Shown here piece after piece: positions 27,161-38,616 of a stretch of 64,000 nt of DNA (positions are counted from its first letter, which is position 1; each line of letters starts with the position of its first letter). The stretch is taken from positions 284,472 to 348,471 of the forward strand of contig NMRA01000465.1 of NCBI GenBank assembly GCA_002633005.1, given 5' to 3'. Origin of the DNA: Phoronis australis (Eukaryota; Animalia; Phoronida). The notes under the pieces are model-generated. The model did no database searches. It saw nothing but the letters and a program-made list of their open reading frames with translations, and was not told the origin of the DNA. The translations under genes were made by a program, and so were the position numbers.

Positions 27161-27869
27161 GTGGTATTTTAACGTTTGTCTTTGTTTATTTTGGTCTAGA
27201 AATGTCTTTGAGGTGGCTCGATAACCATTTCTCAGACTTGTTTGGTCAAGCATTCGACACAGCGTACGCGCTGAATAGAATTCCCAATATTCGTTTTTTA
27301 TTAAATGTAATAATATTTACTACACACAAATGAGAAGCAATCAATCGTACCCACATTCATACGCACATACACACTTGTGGTGCGGGTAATTTACAACTGA
27401 AAATAAACTGCCTCAAAATAAAAGTACCATAACATGTTCTGCGCAGCACTGAAACAGTGCGGGTCGATAGCCCCCAGCCCCCCTTTGGTGCATTGCCCAT
27501 ATACCATGGGCAGCGCAGCAATGAAAAAAGTTGGGACTATAGCCCCCCAGCCTTCTATGGTGCGCCGCCCATGCATAGGGGCCTACCTGTTATCAACATC
27601 CTCCAATTTTAGATTATTGTAAAACAAGCGTTTTTAATTTTTGAAATCCTCAATGTCTTCCCTTTTAAACGGACAATCGTCGCACAAATAAAAAAGTTCA
27701 TATTCATTCAGCGTTTCGTCTATTTATAAGACATCATCAGGATAATATAAACAATAAGACAGCAAGTGTCAAGTCAAATCCATGTAGTGAAATGAGAGTA
27801 GCAATGTAAGATAAGTCATCAGCGTACATACGCATAATTTGTGCTATTACATATGTGTAGACCTCAGAT

Positions 27870-28060
27870 CACAGTACATTCTCAATATATTTTGCACATG
27901 TTCTATAAAACACATCTCCAAAAAGTAAAAAGTTACATGTTCTCAGGGGATCACGCTGCAACAACAAATATTTCCAAAATTCATAACCATTTAATAATCT
28001 TCTAAACCAAGATAAGCTCAGTGATTTCAAAAAATATTCAATATGGAACCCAGAAATCAC
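27870..28060 (-). mobile_element. Short L1/Tx1-type fragment
   Basis: FLKSLSLSWFRRLL motif, comparable to the corresponding segment of the 24390-26480 element. Confidence 0.45.
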
Positions 28061-28644
28061 TTCTCACCTGAAGAAGAAACAAGTTGAGGCCAATTCAATT
28101 GCTGTGTAAACCCACTTCTTTGACACAATGGGTGTTCGTAGCGTCAGCGACGGACTTCTCTCTTATACCTGTTGTCTTTCATGTTTGTCGTTATTGAAAG
28201 CCGTGTGGTCGCAAGTGTTACAAACTTAACGTCTCACCATTGTCAAATTGTCTTAAAAAACGTGAAAATGCTGAGCAAGTCTCAATAACTTGACACAGCC
28301 AATGGAAAGTCAATGCACGCATTGTACTTGGTAGTTCATCCTACTAAAGCAGTTTTCAAACTTAACTTGACAGATTTCGACAAAAGTGTGCCAGAATGTC
28401 AAACTTCGACATAATTCTTGACAAATCTTTTGGCAGTTCGGGTGAATGAGTTGGATTTATTTGATTAGAATAAGCACTGTTTGCGATTTATGGACTATCT
28501 GGTTTACAAGCCAACTGGTGCCTGGAAATGTAGTTTTACGTCTTCTGTCTTGATCGATTAACTTCACAATCTTTAGTAACGTGCCAATATCTGAAACTAC
28601 AGATATAATCCCCTCACCAATGCAGTCTGAACACTCAATCTTAA

Positions 28645-30791
28645 AGGAGAATGCCACCCGAAATAATTAGTTTTTTTTGCCGTCTTAATCGGTCAATATC
28701 CACATCGCCATGCACACGGTCGACCTTACCTGGCCGAGTGGTGTCGCGTTAACCTGTGCGGAAGGTGAAAACCGACGCAGCGACGTCAGTGGTTCATTTG
28801 CAGAGTTAATTCCGCTATGTTGCGGTGCTTCGTTCCCGCTTGTCTGAAGTATGCAGCTGCGAGGAAGGCGGGTAAATCATTTTCTCGACTTCCTCGAGAG
28901 TTCGAAATGCTTAGGAAGTGGCTCGCGGTAGTGAAGAATGAAAAGTACGCTGTAAATGGCAAGTATGAGGCCGTGAAACATCTCCGTGTCTGTGGCCTAC
29001 ATGAGTCGTCGCTGGACAGTGCCTGACGAATGCCGGCTTACCAAACAACTATCCATCAGATCCGTTCTCTGAGCTTTTTTACGGCGCCTCTCTAGTTTTT
29101 TTCATCACTGTATTGCTTTTCGAACTGATAGCCTGTGAAACGTAACGATCCACCTGCGAAGTCTTAGTCGGGATGAGCTCTGGTCTAAGTCGGGATTGCG
29201 ATTTGCCATGTTGATGTTTATTACTGAGTGTTCTGTTTCAAAATGAATTATTCTCACCCTTACCAATACTTTTATAAAACTGAAACAAAGTCTGTCTCAT
29301 TAGATGCAATTTGTAATGCCTTTGGAGTGTTCGTGAGTGCAAATGATTTGAGAAGCCAGCAATGAATAAATCACTGCGTTACCGGCTTTAGTTCAGTGCA
29401 ATAAAACTAATTGACGGGACACCGAGGCCGTGTGAGCTCATGCTAATTCAGTGTTTGCTGACTGAAACTGTTGTGAAACGACTCGATTTCTATCCCACGG
29501 CCAGGTGTTAGGGGAATCTTTAGTTACATTTACATTACTCATATAATGATTGTCAATATACAACTTCTTCCCCGACGGTTCTGTGGCCAAAGCGGAACCT
29601 GAATTCGCGGTCCCCGACGATTCGGTAGATTTGCAGTTTCCAGGCTAATTCACCAACTTTATCACGTGCACTTCACTTCTTTGGCTCACTAGTATAGTAT
29701 TTTCTTGACTGGAAGTTTAGTTTCCAACTTTGGCTGGTTTATGTTGGTGACGTCTGATCGGCTTCCAAGCCACTGGCCAGGATACCAAGCGTTTTGTGGG
29801 TTTAGAACTAAAACAATCACAAGTCTAAACAACACAGATTTAGAGAATAGGTTCGTCATTGGTCTCTAGAAGCATTGTATATAAAATGTTCACCAACTTA
29901 AAGACGTGGTTGGTTGCGATCTCTTAGTTTCTCCAATGTAAGTGTGGTTGGGATCCTGGTCACATTCCAGGATCCAAACCACACCTACATTGGAGAATCC
30001 AAGAGACCGTTCCTTACCAGATTCAAAGAACATCTGAAACTAGACAGACCAACAGCCGTGGGAGAACATATTTTGGCGACTGGGCACAACATCTCTCTTG
30101 CGTCATCCAGGATTCTAGCCAAGGAACAAAATTGGCATACTCGTTAATTCAAAAAGGCCATAAACATCAACAATCAGCGCCCCCTCTTGAACCGAGAGAG
30201 AGGACTCCACCTACCCCCCCGTGTACTCCAGCATTCTTAACGAGCGTAAGGCGGGAAATCCTTCATTCATCGACAAAGACCTGGCGGACCAGGTCGAAAC
30301 GTCTGCCAACAACCAACCACGTCTCTAAGTAAGTGAAAATTTCATATACAACACAGATCTAGGTTCTTCTGTTTGTATCTCATGGAAAAATCCTTCGAAT
30401 TTATCTCCAGACAGACCCCAAACTCCTGCCACGGACCATTGGCCTTCCCAACTTTGTAGGATACGGGGTGTCCAAACGCCTATAAATCCGTAACAGCGAA
30501 ATAAAACAACACGTTTTTATAAGAACTCGGTGTATTTTTAAGGGTTTTACATCCAAGTGTTTGATGATTTATTGATGTTAAGCGATAAATTCAAGCAATA
30601 AGCTGACACCAGTAGCCCGTGTTGAGACCTGCTGAACAGACTGCGTGTGAAACCAATTACGTCACTGGATAATTTCAACACCTCTGTCTGCCTTCAGGTG
30701 TCAGGTAACGCAACCGTACGTGCCGTTATGGAGTAGAAGTACTCGATCTAAATTAAAGCAAATTAGGTTGTTTTTTGGGTGACATGCTCCT
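28645..30791 (+). mobile_element. Kolobok-type non-autonomous DNA transposon with THAP remnant
   Basis: TTAA|AGGAGAATGCCACCC ... GGGTGACATGCTCCT|TTAA (imperfect TIRs, TTAA TSD); degenerate THAP ORF at 28817-29026 (C-x-VP-x-C...LP...KW...RVCGLH). Confidence 0.75.
29875..30352 (+). mobile_element. 5'-truncated Penelope-like element with inverted 5' segment
   Basis: GIY-YIG segment YIGESKRPFLTRFKEH...AVGEH...GH...RILAKEQNW; degenerate hammerhead at 30268-30305; 29875-29960 is an inverted copy of parts of the element. Confidence 0.8.
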
Positions 30792-31107
30792 TTAAATTTG
30801 AACCACATTCTGTCGCTGAAGATGGCCTTTGTGGAATCAACTAACATTCAAGGAGTTTCCTTGCGATTTGGTTCATGATTTTGACATTGTTTCTTCAGAA
30901 TTTATTAACTGCCAGAGCTAAATGATCTTTGCCAATATTAAACGTTGAGACATAAAATACTATACAGTCTGCGTAGACAAATGTTCACATCGAACTAAAT
31001 TTAAAAAGTATATCGTTCAAAAATTTTCAACTTCAAAACGCTTACATTCAATATGTAACTTCTGTTCTGTTTGCGTTGTAATAAACTTTTATTACTTCTG
31101 GTTGCAG

Positions 31108-31134
31108 AGGTCACTCAAGCCACGTTCACAGCCG
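31108..31134 (+). CDS. Candidate 27-nt linker microexon of gene 1
   Basis: Pyrimidine tract + ttgcag|AGGTCACTCAAGCCACGTTCACAGCCG|gtaagt, phase 1-1, (E)VTQATFTA. Confidence 0.55.
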
Positions 31135-31402
31135 GTAAGTATAATTACGGAGTCACTCGGCATCTGGCTCTGCTGTAGGACCATTAAAAAGAGTTTCGTG
31201 AACACTTTCACCTTGTCAATTTTATTTTGATTGTTTAAAAAACCCTCAACCCCCACATTCCTCAACCCATGACCCCATGGACCCACCACTTACATTATCG
31301 AAAGCCAGGTTCGGCTCATACAGGTTGTCGACTCACCTTCGGCTTCGCTGGGTCTGTACAATAAACATCCTGCAGTGGGCTTAGGACTTACACATATAGG
31401 CA

Positions 31403-32762
31403 AAACTACCACTACGAGGCGCCACAGTAGTCATTCACCAACATCAAACATCACCTTCACACTGAGAACATAAACGCTAATTTTTAAAAGCATCCCTAGA
31501 ATGATTTGGTTGATAGAGGGGTGGACGCCAAAAACAAGATTCGAAAACGGCGAAAAATGGCCACCAGGTGGCACAAAGTGCCTCAATTGCATCCAAAAAC
31601 AGGAGGATAGCGTCACCACACCAATTGATGCCCATATTTAAAATTTTATGAAAGTCTGTTGAGGACCATTGAACATACAGAGTTAAACGTAAAAAAATAA
31701 AATTGCCTCTAGGGAGCACACCAGAAGTCAGATCCATCCAAAAGTCGTCGTCGTTCGTTGTCAACAACATATAAATACACTTACTAAATTAAGTGAAGAT
31801 CCTGCAAACGGTTTAAGAGATATAGTCATGAGCGCAAAAATATAGAACTGCCACTAGGATGCGACACAGTAGTGGAAGTCGTCAGAAAATCATCGTCAGC
31901 CGTCCAATTCATAGTAAAAAGATATATGCCAATTTTCACAATCATCCTGAAAGCAGTTTGGTTGGCGCCAAAAAAAAGACTCGAAAACAGTAGAAATGGC
32001 CACTAGGTGGCGCAAAATAGGTCGAATCCATCAGAAAATGGAGAGATACCTCATTATAAGAAGCCTGTATGCCTTTGAAGATACAGAGGTAAACGGAAAA
32101 ACGTAAAAATATAATTGCCAGTAGGTGGGACACCAGTAGTCAGACCTTCCGAAAGTCGTTGTAGTCCGTTGTTAACACAATATGAATACACTTTCTAAAT
32201 TTAGTAAAGATCCTGCTAACGGTTTAGGAGATACAGGCATAAGTGCAAAAAACTGCCTCTAATAGGCGCCACAGTAGTCGAATTCGTCGGAAAATCATCA
32301 CCAGCCGTCAACTTTATACTTAGTAAGAACGTACATCCCAATTTTCACAATCATTCTTTGAGCGGTTTGGTTGAAAGAGGGGTGGGCGCAAAAAAGAAAC
32401 TCGAAAACAGTAAAAATGGCCACTAGGTGGCGCAAACTACGTCGCATCCATCCGAAAACGAGAGGATAGCGTCATCTCATTAACAGGTGCCTACCTACTG
32501 AATTTTATGAAAATCCGTTAAGGACTTTTGAAGGTACAGAAGTAATCGAAAAAAAAATTCCATTAGGGGGCACACTGGTTGTCGGATCCATACGAAAGTT
32601 CGCTCATGCCGTTCCATCTACGGAACAAACACATGTACAAAATTTCATGAACATACATCAAGGGGTTTTGGAGATAGAGTAGCGGACGCCGGACTCCGTA
32701 CGTACGGACGGAGATGACGGTATAGTGTGTCCACATATAAATAATATGTGGGCGCATAACAA
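31403..32762 (-). mobile_element. Second HINE copy, inverted and 3'-truncated
   Basis: Reverse complement of most of 21917-23240; subTIR ATGCGCCCAC with adjacent inverted repeat CCACATAT/ATATGTGG; reduced CCGT tract. Confidence 0.8.
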
Positions 32763-34165
32763 GGCGTATATAGGCTAATCGAGCCAGGAACAACGCACTT
32801 TTTCTTAGAGAAACGGTAGACGGATTTTCAAAGCACCGAAAGCTGGTCGACACTCCTTTTGTCCCGTAGCAGGACAGGCATGCCGAGGATGAACAGGAAT
32901 CGCGATCTTTTTAGTTTGGCGGATCAGAGCGAGACTAAAACTGGGAAAGTTGGCACGCGAGCTGCCTCGCTCTCTGCCTGCGCGAGACCTGCTGTGCGGA
33001 ACCTGAGCAGAGATTACACTAATGTGTTCGTCCCCTGTAACAATGTCTCGTGCAAGAAAACTTAGAATTCGAATTTATTACATCAAAACATGGGCTTTGG
33101 CAACACTGAAGTAAGTTCCAAACCAAACATTAATCACTACAATAAAGAGACAAAATCAGCGCCAATGGAGCATGAATCACGATGAAATTCCCAACGTGCA
33201 ACTGAAAATAACACTGATTTTATCTCAGACGAAACTTCAACACTTGTTGGGAGCTTTTCAAAAAAGTCTTGGATTTTCTCACATGAATGTGCTTTTCTTT
33301 TGCTTTTATTTTTGCAAGAACCTGCGAGGCAATGATCGTCAACCTCCTTGTTCAACCACGTAACTGCAGTTTGGTCTTCCAGGAAAGTCAGGGCAGGGGC
33401 CCGCCCCCTGGCTGCCGCAAAAATGAAACAGCAAGAGCGTGAGGAATATTGTAACACCGGTAATTCACTTGCCGTTTAAAGGGGGGGGGGGGGGGGGACT
33501 CNTGTAGGGGGTCGAGGGGGTTATAGAACAATCCCTTCTTTAATAGTTTGAACTGTTTTGCTAAAGAGTTTAGCAACGACATCGAGACTCACGCTGGTGA
33601 ATACACTAAAATGGGGTATAGCATGACATTTCTATTCGAAATCCAAGCTCTGCATTCTTGGATAGAATCGCAATATCTAACAATTTTTTCACGCTAACGA
33701 AAATGACCTATAAGTAAGCTTATGAAGTTACTTAAAGCACATCTTTGAACATACCAGATATTGTTAAAAGTGACTTGTTATGGGTTGACTTTTGTGCGAT
33801 AACTAAAAGCAATTGTGATACGGCTTACGTTTATGTGTATAGCGTATTCACATATTGACATGGCTAAAAAGACTAAATTTTTCTGTACCATGGCGGTAGA
33901 TGGTAAAACATAAATTTATTTCCTCTAAAAATCAACAGCTAATATACCTTGTTTTTGTACTTCAGGTCAGGACAATGAGTCGAAAATTTGGCCATTAATA
34001 CATGTACCATCTTCCTATTTGTATTTTTTGTTCACCAGTATGTTATTTGAGTGTGTGTGTACATGTATGTACTTTAGTATCTGTTTGTTTTGAAAGGTAT
34101 GGCCCCATTGTACTAGAACTAATCAAACCCGATCATTTCTGCGATATTTGATTATTTCATTTCAG

Positions 34166-34240
34166 TACTTCCACCTGAAAGACAACTAATTGGTGGTAGA
34201 CGGACTACAGAACATGGCGGATTGCCTACACAAGGTGAAA
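34166..34240 (+). CDS. Gene 1 linker exon
   Basis: catttcag|TA...GAAA|gtaagt, 75 nt, phase 1-1, (V)LPPERQLIGGRRTTEHGGLPTQGE. Confidence 0.65.
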
Positions 34241-34559
34241 GTAAGTAAATGTACACATCTCAATGCTATATCATATACGTTGGGTTATGAATCCACAAAC
34301 TCCTCTTATCATTTCTGCAGTCACGTGCTCTTTTCTATATGAGTTACATGTAACCTGTGGGTGGTTTGCACGTTTGCAGATGGCATCAGACAACACAGCA
34401 AATCCTCATATGGATAATGGCTATTTGTGTGCTAAAATGGTTACCTAAAGAGTTGTCCTTTGTAACCAACATTAAGATCGAAATCAATCTAAGCTAAGAC
34501 CGAAAGTTACGGTGTTAAAGAGTGCCCTTGAGATTGTAATTTTGGTCTAAATGGCCAAA

Positions 34560-34870
34560 ATTAAAGATTATCGTCACTGCAAGTTGTTGAAGAACTAATT
34601 TCGTTGATTTTTTTCCCCAAATTATGTCAATTTGAAAATTGCTTTCTATTCGAGAACCGGTAAAGGGGGCACGGTAGACTCAAACAGGCAAGTGCGACTT
34701 TCGGGAACATGTGGAATTGATGATATTTCCAGACATTCCAAGGGTTTCGTACGTAAACGAAATCCCAACTGTATCCAAAATGTTGCAAATAAATCCCCAT
34801 TCTTGTCATTTAGAGTTTCAAGGCCACGATTATTACCGGCATTGAAACCATGCTTCACAAGCCACATAGT
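34560..34870 (-). mobile_element. Possible hAT transposase C-terminal dimerization-domain remnant
   Basis: NPWNVWKYHQFHMFPKVALACLSLP...RKQFS resembles the W..FP..A..LS.P...ER.FS pattern. Confidence 0.4.
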
Positions 34871-37296
34871 ATTTTGAATTCGTAACAGGTGGAGAAAGCG
34901 AGGTTTATAAGCCGACCTATGTCAAATCTTGGATTGATTTATGTCCCAATTAGGACCCAAGACCAAAAAATCCTTTGTGTTCTGAAAAGGTATTTACGTA
35001 ACTTCCGTCTTCGATCTCAACTTATCCGGCATTTCGATTTTAAAGATGCTATGTCATTAAAACCGTGAATATTCAAATTTGTAGCAAGCGCCACCTAGTG
35101 TTTTCCTAGAGAGCTGTGTGTAATGGTGTTTACTTGCGGTTTAAAAAAACACCACAACTTATACACCTAAAAAAGAAATGTAAACATGTAAAACCCCTTG
35201 TAATTCCAAAATTAACCTAATTGTCGGGTTCATTATGCCCAAATTTTGACATTCGTTGGATTTTTTGGGGGAAAGTGGAAATTATGCATTGTTGGAAACC
35301 GCATGGAATGATGAATCAGAAAATAATTGATTTCATTGTGTCGGTGGCCATCTTGGCGGCCATCTTGAATTTTCAAAAATGGCGCCGGTAAAATTGATTT
35401 TGCCCAATATATCCGCCCTTGGGTCACTGCGAACCTTAGTTTTTATGGCTACACCTGCAGTTCTGAAGTCAATGAATTGGAAATTTTAATTTTAGCGGCG
35501 GCCATCTTGGTGACCATCTTGAAATTTCAATATGGCGCCCGTGAAATACATTTTGCTCAGTATTTCTGCCCTTGAGTCACTTAGAATGTTAGTTTTAATG
35601 GCTGCACCAACATTTTGTGGGGTAAGGAATTGAAAAACACTATTTTAAAATGATACTTATAATCTAAATGATTTTAATAGCAAATACGAACCCCCAGAAT
35701 ATTTAAAGGAATTCAGGAAACGCAGATTAACCTACATGTGTATATCTATATCTTTTTGGAAAGATATTTGATACATATCTTTTGAAGTTTTCGTTATTAT
35801 TCCCACTGTTCACTTTGGAATCCAGTTCTCAATGGAAATACATTTTGCCTTTGACAGTCGGACGGCAGATAAGCTTGGCCGTAACCAGGCTGAAGATCAA
35901 TGACGAGTACAACAGGAGTTGTAGCCTGCTGGGCATGCTATCAGTCCCCATGAACCTAACACCAAGAGCAATCTTTGCTGCCAGTGGGGCATTGCTGTCA
36001 TGCACAGACAAATCGAATCGAATCCACCTTCTGCAGAAACTTTCCGTAGCAGACGTCTTAGAACAGGATAGTCCTCAAGCTGCAAGAGATGTTTTAGACC
36101 CAAAAAACACATAAACAAGTAACAACATCCAATGAGTGTGTTCACCCAAGCCACAGAACTGCACGTGCGAATAGTATGGAAGTGATTTTCTTAACTAGAG
36201 ATTATGACAAAATCATTCTGGTTTTAGACACCCATAATGACAACTCTTTGAAACAAGCCACGAGAGAAAAAAGGAGGCAGAGAAAGGGTCAAGTACAGAA
36301 CCTGATAAGAGATGAGACTTACATAAAGATCATCCCAATGAGCCGCTTCCTCTCCCATGACCAAAAAAGGCTCAAATTACTGAATATCTTTCTGCAAAGA
36401 TACTTAAGTATAATAAAGACTCGGCCAAGATAGCCATTACTTTAGCTACAGGATGCACAAAGAGCAACCGACGTGATCTACGCTTAGAAGAAAACGATCA
36501 CAAAAAAGCAGTTGTATTGCTAATGCACTGTTCATCATGCACTTCTGGCATCACATCAAAAGTTCCCTGATTCTCAGGTGATGTTTTGTTTTCACCTGAC
36601 ATAGATTTACTGGTACTCGTCACTACCTATTATTACAGGCTTCTCAGAAGATTTTCAGTCCCCATGGCATCTGGGATTGTGGACGTGAATCCAATATGGG
36701 CATCATTAGGTGCTGTCCGGGCAAAGGCTCTTCCTGCTTTCCATGCTTTTACATGGACAGACAACACTGGTCCATTCTGTAGGTTGAATATATATTTGAA
36801 GGCAGACACCGATAATTTCAATGCACAGCAGACTTTTTGTACTGCTTATGAAGTAAAAAAAACAAAAAAAAAATGCAGGTGGTCTGATGTCATTTGCGGT
36901 GCATCAGACGTGCGCAGGCCTCATGGTTGGGCCCATTGCACAAGACACCTGAGCAAGGGCACGAGACCGCAATTATGGCTCCTCGTGAAGAAAGTTTTCA
37001 AGTCTGCCAGTCTCCTTTAGGAAAACGGACAGACGTTTCCATTTGTTGCCATGCGCTATATGTTGTAGGCATGTAACAATGCCATCCAGTAGGTTGCTCC
37101 GTAGCCTATAAAAAGCTGGGCAAGACTCTACCAGGTGTTTAGGCGATTCTACGTCAGTACCACACTCGGGACACACAGGGCTCCCCATATGCCCAGTAAT
37201 GTGTCTGTGTCGGGCTAGGTTGCAGTGGCCCGTCAAAATTTGAATGACGTGTCTTATACCCAATCTATCTAGACTCAGAAGGCTTTTTGAACCTTT

Positions 37297-37857
37297 NNNN
37301 NNNNNNNNNNNNNNNNNNNNNNNNNNNNNNNNNNNNNNNNNNNNNNNNNNNNNNNNNNNNNNNNNNNNNNNNNNNNNNNNNNNNNNNNNNNNNNNNNNNN
37401 NNNNNNNNNNNNNNNNNNNNNNNNNNNNNNNNNNNNNNNNNNNNNNNNNNNNNNNNNNNNNNNNNNNNNNNNNNNNNNNNNNNNNNNNNNNNNNNNNNNN
37501 NNNNNNNNNNNNNNNNNNNNNNNNNNNNNNNNNNNNNNNNNNNNNNNNNNNNNNNNNNNNNNNNNNNNNNNNNNNNNNNNNNNNNNNNNNNNNNNNNNNN
37601 NNNNNNNNNNNNNNNNNNNNNNNNNNNNNNNNNNNNNNNNNNNNNNNNNNNNNNNNNNNNNNNNNNNNNNNNNNNNNNNNNNNNNNNNNNNNNNNNNNNN
37701 NNNNNNNNNNNNNNNNNNNNNNNNNNNNNNNNNNNNNNNNNNNNNNNNNNNNNNNNNNNNNNNNNNNNNNNNNNNNNNNNNNNNNNNNNNNNNNNNNNNN
37801 NNNNNNNNNNNNNNNNNNNNNNNNNNNNNNNNNNNNNNNNNNNNNNNNNNNNNNNNN
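37297..37857. other. Assembly gap (N run)
   Basis: Run of n characters. Confidence 1.
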
Positions 37858-38351
37858 CTGCTTAGAGGCTCTGGACTGGAGAAAACAGCACAGGGCGAAT
37901 CACTACTGGTTCCAGGAATTGCACGCTCTGGGGTACGTTCGGAGGCACGGGTGACAGTAGATGAAGTGCCTCCACTGGCTCCAGTCACTGTACTGGCCAC
38001 AGCTCGCGAGGCTTCTTGCTTCAAATACGCACTTCTCGGGGGTGGCGACGGGGCACTGTCGGGAATCAACACAGACGGAATGGCATCCTTCTTTAGACGT
38101 TGTTTTGCAGGGCCCATCATCAGTTCAGCGTACAAATCCCTTTCGTAATCGGACGGCAGATAGTGCTTGCCACACACACGGTAATTCTCCACTGCTTTGT
38201 ACGTTGCGTGGACGGGTAACGCTGCGTTCTTCACACGAACGAGCCAAGTACGGCGAAGTGTGTCATCCATCGGAAAGCGATGTAAAGGTACTCCCAAAAC
38301 GCGCGTGAGCCGATAATTAGTACATCCTGGTATGCAGCAACAGTGTGGCAT
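37858..38351 (-). CDS. THAP zinc-finger protein (probable Kolobok transposase N-terminus), running into the gap
   Basis: MPHCCCIPGC...LHRFP...RTW...RVCGKH...LKKDAIPS matches THAP C2CH plus the AVPTIF-like box. Confidence 0.85.
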
Positions 38352-38616
38352 GTTGACTGACTAGTAAATGAAAGCAAACGACGACGGAACTCAACACAAC
38401 CGAGGTAGAACAATGACTGACTCGGCAGCTCTCACAGTCAGACTATATTAAAAGAAATTGGCACGAAATGCTTGCCTCCTAAAACGTCACTTCCGGAGTA
38501 GCGGACGAGTAACTAATAAAATTACCAAAAGCTGTAATTAAGTGGAAAATATGTCTAGGATAACCAACCAACCTTATTTTAGCTCAAAATGACATGGAAA
38601 AAGGTTGCCTTCACCT
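37858..38616 (-). mobile_element. Kolobok-type DNA transposon inserted in the LINE RNase H region (other end in the gap)
   Basis: TTAA|AGGTGAAGGCAACC terminus at 38616 interrupts the RNase H frame; contains a THAP ORF. Confidence 0.75.

Noticed and set aside
33966-34020. Acceptor-like ttcag followed by a short open frame
   Set aside because: No convincing in-phase donor.
37244-37954. Long ORFs of 192-358 aa in the ORF track
   Set aside because: Their length is an artefact of the N gap; only the THAP part (38351-37858) is real.
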